A DNA stretch of 32,000 nt, from positions 210,001 through 242,000 of the forward strand of contig JBHLKY010000001.1 of NCBI GenBank assembly GCA_048886185.1, read 5' to 3'. The position numbers and the translations under genes are program-made. This DNA is from Candidatus Hermodarchaeota archaeon. Lineage in GTDB: Archaea > Asgardarchaeota > Heimdallarchaeia > Hodarchaeales > Hodarchaeaceae. The notes under the pieces were generated by a model that was not told where the DNA came from, searched no databases, and saw nothing but the letters and a program-made list of their open reading frames with translations. Of the stretch, positions 26,673 through 32,000 are shown one piece after another (position 1 is the first letter of the stretch; each line of letters begins with the position of its first letter).

Positions 26673-28565
26673 CTACCTTTTAATAATTTTTTTGTGTGAG
26701 AACATTGAATATAAGATTAATACAGTTAATATTGCCATAGAGCTGATAATAAATAACACAATTGCTAGTGAATCCGGTGATGGTGATGTTGTCTGAGGTA
26801 GCGAAGAAGAAGATGTAAAATCAACAACTCCTGGGTTATAAATGAAGCTCACTAGACTAGATACATTAATCGTTAAGTATGCGGATCCTCCAGGTGGCAG
26901 TGTTATATTGAACGATTCTTCAGGTTGGAACTTACCAAGTAAGCTTCGATTAGCATACAGCGTATATGGACCATTTAGTTGCTTCAGAGTAAATGATAAT
27001 GTTTTTTCTTTGTTATAAGGATTAAAGACAATATAACCTCGATTTTCAGCAGAACCAGGATATTCTTTGTCAAAAATATTTAAATTAATTATTAGTGCAT
27101 TTCTATCAGAGGATTCTCCTAAAGCCTCAAAAAGTAAATATGACCAAATAGTTTCACCTGCTCCATATATTTCCTTTCCATTATACCCAGTGAAATACCT
27201 AACTGATTCATTTTCATATTCTCTTACTGCATAGTAATCAATGTCTTCATAAGGAATAAATTGGAGTGATCTTGGACCAAAGTCTCTTTCCCAAGCGTCA
27301 GGAATGTTGGGAGAGAAGAAATAGAAATTTTTAATTCGGTTTAAGTTGAGAACTTTCAATGGTTCTTCTGCGTTAAATTCAGGGACGTTGCCATAGAGAT
27401 ATTTCAAATAAGCGGTCCAAAACATGATACTCTCTCCATTCTCTTTAAATGCAGGAGCGTTAATCCCTCCTAACTCGGAGGGATTATAATATGGAGAATG
27501 TAGACCATCTCTCCAACCAGATGGTAACCATTCACTTGTTTGGGGATTGAAATTTACTAATGCAGTTTTCCCCTTGTTATAATATACCATTTGTTCTTGA
27601 GCGTAAAAAAAGTCCATGGAGAGTCTTACAAAGTCTACCGTTGAATTAATCAAATCAGAATATTCAATCATCTTCGCTGATGCAGCAACAGCTGCAGCAA
27701 GTTCTTGTGGTTCATACAAAGTCATAAATGGTGGAGTTACTTTTCGCAAAGCAATTAATGTCGTTTCAGCTTCTTTCAAATAAGATATATCTTGAGTTAA
27801 TTCATAAGCATTGATTAAACTATAAGCTAGGAGTCCTGCTGTGCAGTAATTTACTGTATTATAACCAAAAGCCTCCTCTTTATTCAAATTAACAAATTGA
27901 GGGAAGAGATAATTAAAATTATGAGCCATCTCAATTCCTGAGGATAAACTACCGAAATATGGATTTCTTAAACTAGATATCCCAGAAATCATGAATAGAT
28001 GTCCATATTTTAACACTGAATTCTCCATGAAGTACCAAGAATCATGCTTGTTTTCACCTGGGCGGTTTGTAGCTTGTTGAGTTTGTGGATTATAGTACTT
28101 TGGTAATTCATCTATGAATTCTTTAATCAAATTTTCTCTTGTTTCATCTGGATGTAATTGAATGTATCTATACATTGGCCACAATACATCCATGGAAGCC
28201 ATCAATTCTGTTATTTCCCTAGTTCTATCTTCTCCTCCCCAACCGTCAGTTTTTTTGACATAGGGTCTAAAACCTGTCACATTTATAGAGGTTTCATTTA
28301 TCCAACATTCATCAAAAATTAAGAGTTCTTCAAAACACTTTTCTGCATAGTCTGACCAAGAGGTTGTATTTTCAGGAAATTCATCATATCTTGGTAATGT
28401 AGCCAGATTTGTTTTAGTAGCTACTTCCATTTCCTTCCAATTCTTTTGAAAGTTCTCAATTTTAATCAGGATTGGATTTTGACATAAAACTAGACCAAAA
28501 ATTGGTAAAATGATAATATACAGCAATCCCACTATAATGATAAATTTAATTGCTTTTTTGGCCAA
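26673..28565 (-). CDS. Secreted, C-terminally anchored hypothetical protein, putative (alpha/alpha)6 glycosidase-like; paralog of 9401..11830
   Basis: N-terminal signal/TM; HDSWYFMEN, PAFKENGES, FIPYED, GKEIYGAGETIWSYLLFEAL; Ser/Thr/Pro linker + TM + HKKIIKR tail. Confidence 0.7.
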   Translation of the reverse strand: MAKKAIKFIIIVGLLYIIILPIFGLVLCQNPILIKIENFQKNWKEMEVATKTNLATLPRYDEFPENTTSWSDYAEKCFEELLIFDECWINETSINVTGFRPYVKKTDGWGGEDRTREITELMASMDVLWPMYRYIQLHPDETRENLIKEFIDELPKYYNPQTQQATNRPGENKHDSWYFMENSVLKYGHLFMISGISSLRNPYFGSLSSGIEMAHNFNYLFPQFVNLNKEEAFGYNTVNYCTAGLLAYSLINAYELTQDISYLKEAETTLIALRKVTPPFMTLYEPQELAAAVAASAKMIEYSDLINSTVDFVRLSMDFFYAQEQMVYYNKGKTALVNFNPQTSEWLPSGWRDGLHSPYYNPSELGGINAPAFKENGESIMFWTAYLKYLYGNVPEFNAEEPLKVLNLNRIKNFYFFSPNIPDAWERDFGPRSLQFIPYEDIDYYAVREYENESVRYFTGYNGKEIYGAGETIWSYLLFEALGESSDRNALIINLNIFDKEYPGSAENRGYIVFNPYNKEKTLSFTLKQLNGPYTLYANRSLLGKFQPEESFNITLPPGGSAYLTINVSSLVSFIYNPGVVDFTSSSSLPQTTSPSPDSLAIVLFIISSMAILTVLILYSMFSHKKIIKR

Positions 28566-28677
28566 TATCTATTATCCTCAGCGTTTCTTCATTATTTTAT
28601 ATTTCTAAAATCTAATAGAATAGATGAGATGAATTTTAATGCAATTGAAATTAAAACAATCAAATCAAGATTAAATT

Positions 28678-28696
28678 TATTGTTATTATAACAATA
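28678..28696. promoter_or_regulatory. 8-bp inverted repeat, putative operator
   Basis: TATTGTTA-TTA-TAACAATA upstream of the 630-aa gene (minus strand). Confidence 0.35.
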
Positions 28697-28823
28697 TTTC
28701 CTTAATTAAATTTTAGATGTTTAAGCTCAAATAGTTAAAATTGATTTTAATTATTACTGAATAAGATAGGATTCTAATTATCTAGTTCAGATAAGATATT
28801 CAGAAATTAATTAAATAGATTGT

Positions 28824-30185
28824 TTATAAACTATTGAATTGCGGAAGTGATTGTTTAAAAATCTCTATATACTTATAAAATAGCTTTTCTGCTAAGTCAA
28901 GATCATTAATCATCGGAAATAAAGCAAAGGCCTGAATTCCAGCCTCGATGTCTCCATGAACAGATGATTTAGTAATTAACTTCGAAATTGAAATCTCTCT
29001 CTGACATAAAGTTGAGATTGACTCTGGAAGCCTACCAACTGATACGCCCAAACCACCTCTTTTATTCACTATACAAGGAATTTCAACTATTGCATCCATT
29101 GGTAAGTTTTGAATGGCTCCATTATTCTCAATATTCAACGCAGGTTCGTAAAATGAAGAATCAGTATATATTTCGGTTATTAAATTCGCAAGTCGTTCAG
29201 CAGGATCCATCTTCAATTTTTCAATCCCCATTTTTCCACTAATTATTTCTTTTATGGTCTCCCAATTCTTTGCCTTATTTTGTAGATTTTCGTCAAAACC
29301 AAAGTGGTATAGATTATATTTATCCCAGTTCTCTTTTCGTGCTGTATAGGGAAGATATTCTGAAAGATGTGTTTCACCTGAAACAGGCAGAAGTCCAAAT
29401 ACTCTAAAAACATGTCTTGTTAAAGCTTCATAACTAGGAGGTAACTTATCTATATTTTGATGGATAAGAGGATAAATGTCTTCTCCATTTGAATTTCTTC
29501 GAACTTCTAGCATCCATGTAAAGTGATTTAAGCCAGCTGCCAGGACGTTATATTCATCTAAGGCTAAATTTCGATATTCATGATATTCTAAATGTTGATT
29601 GTTTTTAATCCCTAGATCTTCGATGAGAATGCGGCCTAAGATGTAAAATCCATACCAATATTGGTGGCAAAAACTTATACAATTGATACCTGCATAATCT
29701 TTTGCTGCATAATGAATCCTCGATAAAGGATTAGTAAAATTTATCAACCATGTATCGGATGCAAAATCATGGATGTCATGGAATATTGGCATAATAGCAG
29801 CGAGGTTTCTAGCAGTATGGCCAAACGACCCTGGGCCACCATTTTCCGCATAATGCCAGATACCAAATTTCTTAGCGATCTCGAAGTCTCTTCGCCAAGT
29901 TTCCTCACGATTAACACCAATGGATAGGACTACAAAATCAGCATCTTCCAAAACTTTTTTTCGATCAGTTTCAGCAAATAGTTTTACTTTAGATTTGTAA
30001 CGCTTTCTTATCACTTTAGCTAAAGACAAAACTAAATTTAGAGTCTCTTCATTGATATCGACCATATATAGAGAAGCATTTTGAAGTTTCGGATCCGACA
30101 ATATACCATTTAACGTCACAAAACAAAAATTTGTGCTTCCTGCTCCTATTACTACAATCTTTGGCTCATTTGTCAAAGAAATCAC
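28824..30185 (-). CDS. Glycoside hydrolase family 4 (NAD+/Mn2+-dependent; alpha-galactosidase/alpha-glucosidase-like)
   Basis: KIVVIGAGS, ADFVV, GGPG, INFTNP, FCH, AGLNHFTW, NNGAIQNLP.DAIVEIP. Confidence 0.93.
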   Translation of the reverse strand: MISLTNEPKIVVIGAGSTNFCFVTLNGILSDPKLQNASLYMVDINEETLNLVLSLAKVIRKRYKSKVKLFAETDRKKVLEDADFVVLSIGVNREETWRRDFEIAKKFGIWHYAENGGPGSFGHTARNLAAIMPIFHDIHDFASDTWLINFTNPLSRIHYAAKDYAGINCISFCHQYWYGFYILGRILIEDLGIKNNQHLEYHEYRNLALDEYNVLAAGLNHFTWMLEVRRNSNGEDIYPLIHQNIDKLPPSYEALTRHVFRVFGLLPVSGETHLSEYLPYTARKENWDKYNLYHFGFDENLQNKAKNWETIKEIISGKMGIEKLKMDPAERLANLITEIYTDSSFYEPALNIENNGAIQNLPMDAIVEIPCIVNKRGGLGVSVGRLPESISTLCQREISISKLITKSSVHGDIEAGIQAFALFPMINDLDLAEKLFYKYIEIFKQSLPQFNSL

Positions 30186-30315
30186 AATTATTATTTTTAC
30201 TATTGATTCTTTTCAGTTCAAAGAATCTAACGAGCGAATTTCTTGATATTACTAACAACTGGAAAATATTTAGAAATTTGCCTGTGATATCAAGAAAAGG
30301 GTTGTAAGGTAAACA

Positions 30316-32000
30316 TTATTTATAGAAGAAATTGAAAGAAGGAAGTTTTGATACATCTGTTTCTCTTAAAGACACATTACAGACTGGACAGGTTTTTTTG
30401 AATTTCACACTTTCTAGTAGATGGTGACGATGGAAAAAGCTTGAACATTGAGGACACTGAACAACTTCTTCTTCAGTTTGAAGCTCCACCACTGATGCTC
30501 GACAGATAATACAGGAAAGCCTCTGGCTACAAAATCCACAATTCTTTTGCTTCTCAAGAATTGGATTACCACATTGCGGACATTGGCTTTGATAAAGGGT
30601 GGTGGTTTTTTTTAGGCGACTGTATACATCTTTAAGGCCAGAAATCCAGATTTGTTGGAGTGATTTATGAGAATGGATATCAAATCGGGATGAGAATCTT
30701 ATTAGGGCTTTTTCATACTCTCGATAATATTTTTCCTTTTCTGATAAATCCATGAGTTTTGAGAGATTATTCCATGAACAAAATTCCCCCAGAAGTGGTA
30801 AAATAGCTCTTTGCGCATCCTCTTTTTCTTTCAATGTCTCATATAAGTTAAAGAAGTATTCTTCGGGTTTTTCAGGAGGGTGAATTTCTAAATGGTAAAC
30901 TAAGGTTTTGAGGATATTCTCCTCAAGAGGCTCAATTGGCGATTCAAGAAGAATATTTTCAATTGTATGCACTGAGGTGTTTTCAAAAAGGACTGGTAAC
31001 AAAAGAGATTGACTTCGTGGTCTTTGTTTAAAAATGGAGAAAATTAACAAGTCATCATTAGCTGATTTTCCAATTAGAGAACGAAAAAAATCGTAAAGAA
31101 TTTTTTTCCCTTCAATTGAGAAATCTTGTTCTTCATAATTTGATATTAATTTTCTTAACAGAGGAAGATTCTCTTTCCCACCCTTAGTTAGTTTTTCAAG
31201 TTGGTTTATAACTATTGAATTGAATATGTGGGATTTAAGAGTAACTATAAATGGTAAAATTATATTTTCAACATCTACAAGGGATAACGATGAGAAAAAT
31301 GAATTTACAATGGGGATAAGAGAATTTAACTTTTGAGTGTCGATAATAGTAAGTGTGTTTATTGTATAATGGTTGATGATTTTATCGAGTAAAGAATTTG
31401 TAGAATTACTGAATCTTGAATCTGTGATTATTTTGGATAAACGAATTAGGACAATAATCAACAATTCATCTGGATCTAGTTTTATCAATTCTAGAACAGC
31501 TCTTTGAATCGCAGGTTCTTGAATATATGATGTTCCTTGTCCTGACAAGAGTGAGTACAGTATTTTGGGACTTGTTGTGACACATTGTGGGATAATACGT
31601 TCAAAGATAAAAGACAGATGATCCTTGGGCAATGAAGATATTACCTCTCCAATTATGGTAATACTCAAATCGAAAGCGTGAATAAGAATGGGATGAAGTT
31701 TTGAAAAGCTATTAGGAGGTAACGATTTAAATAAAAACCAAAATTGGTAGAGTTCTAAGCTAATCAGTCTATTCAGCAAAGGAATTAGATAAGCCTTATT
31801 TTTTCCTTCTTGTAAAAAATCGCTCAGTACAATATGAAGAGCATCCCTTGAACATATTATGAGTACATCCTCCCAATACTGCAATAATTCCCTCTTTAAC
31901 CGAATCATGTCTAAAAGAATCTTAAAACTAGAATGATCAATCAACATTGCGATGGATAATTGAGGAAATGAAATTCTTTTTCCTAATTTAACTATCTGAT
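30316..32000 (-). CDS. Leu-rich alpha-helical (solenoid-like) protein with C-terminal Zn ribbon and RING-like finger (probably 5'-truncated by window)
   Basis: Frame stays open beyond ATG 31947 to the window edge. C-terminal CPQC-x10-CGFC, then CIIC-x15-CPQC-x4-H-x2-H-x10-CPVC. Confidence 0.8.
   Translation of the reverse strand, partial: QIVKLGKRISFPQLSIAMLIDHSSFKILLDMIRLKRELLQYWEDVLIICSRDALHIVLSDFLQEGKNKAYLIPLLNRLISLELYQFWFLFKSLPPNSFSKLHPILIHAFDLSITIIGEVISSLPKDHLSFIFERIIPQCVTTSPKILYSLLSGQGTSYIQEPAIQRAVLELIKLDPDELLIIVLIRLSKIITDSRFSNSTNSLLDKIINHYTINTLTIIDTQKLNSLIPIVNSFFSSLSLVDVENIILPFIVTLKSHIFNSIVINQLEKLTKGGKENLPLLRKLISNYEEQDFSIEGKKILYDFFRSLIGKSANDDLLIFSIFKQRPRSQSLLLPVLFENTSVHTIENILLESPIEPLEENILKTLVYHLEIHPPEKPEEYFFNLYETLKEKEDAQRAILPLLGEFCSWNNLSKLMDLSEKEKYYREYEKALIRFSSRFDIHSHKSLQQIWISGLKDVYSRLKKTTTLYQSQCPQCGNPILEKQKNCGFCSQRLSCIICRASVVELQTEEEVVQCPQCSSFFHRHHLLESVKFKKTCPVCNVSLRETDVSKLPSFNFFYK

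Noticed and set aside
7905-29242. Other short nested or antisense ORFs in the track (e.g. 7905, 9118, 10555, 12358, 13085, 13384, 13889, 16915, 18126, 19360, 20059, 21915, 22965, 24081, 24603, 25529, 28988)
   Set aside because: They lie wholly or almost wholly within well-supported longer genes and have no recognisable motifs.
1-32000. CRISPR array, tRNA/rRNA, transposase or integrase
   Set aside because: No regularly spaced direct repeats, structured-RNA signatures, GC-rich RNA islands or transposase motifs were seen.

Overview
AT-rich archaeal window; an Asgard/Heimdallarchaeia-like origin is inferred from a PGF-CTERM sorting signal, TATA-type promoters, T-tract terminators, sequon-rich surface proteins and a helical + Zn-ribbon + RING-like protein. 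Left part (1-4.7 kb): a 5'-truncated xanthine dehydrogenase/CoxL-family Mo subunit with its 2Fe-2S subunit, an MJ0936-type metallophosphoesterase, an eutA homolog with no eutBC in the window, and a cyclase-family amidohydrolase. Main part (about 4.7-30.2 kb): an apparently uncharacterised envelope system. It comprises a PqqD/RRE-like protein, a CxC/Cx4C Zn protein, a mini FtsX permease with a probable CTG start, two MacB/LolD-type ABC ATPases, two OPT-like polytopic membrane proteins, and a 1488-aa PA + degenerate M28 + MacB/FtsX fusion. It is surrounded by two paralog pairs of unknown surface or glycan-type proteins and by cytoplasmic GH130 and GH4 enzymes. My best reading, which is inference, is a non-canonical glycan/glycopeptide capture-and-import locus: a type VII ABC motor coupled to OPT-like channels and a pseudo-peptidase receptor, with no classical solute-binding-protein ABC importer visible. 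The right edge holds a 5'-truncated helical protein ending in a Zn ribbon and a C4H2C2 RING-like finger. No rRNA, tRNA, CRISPR array or mobile element was recognised. All family calls come from motif recognition by eye; no database searches were run.
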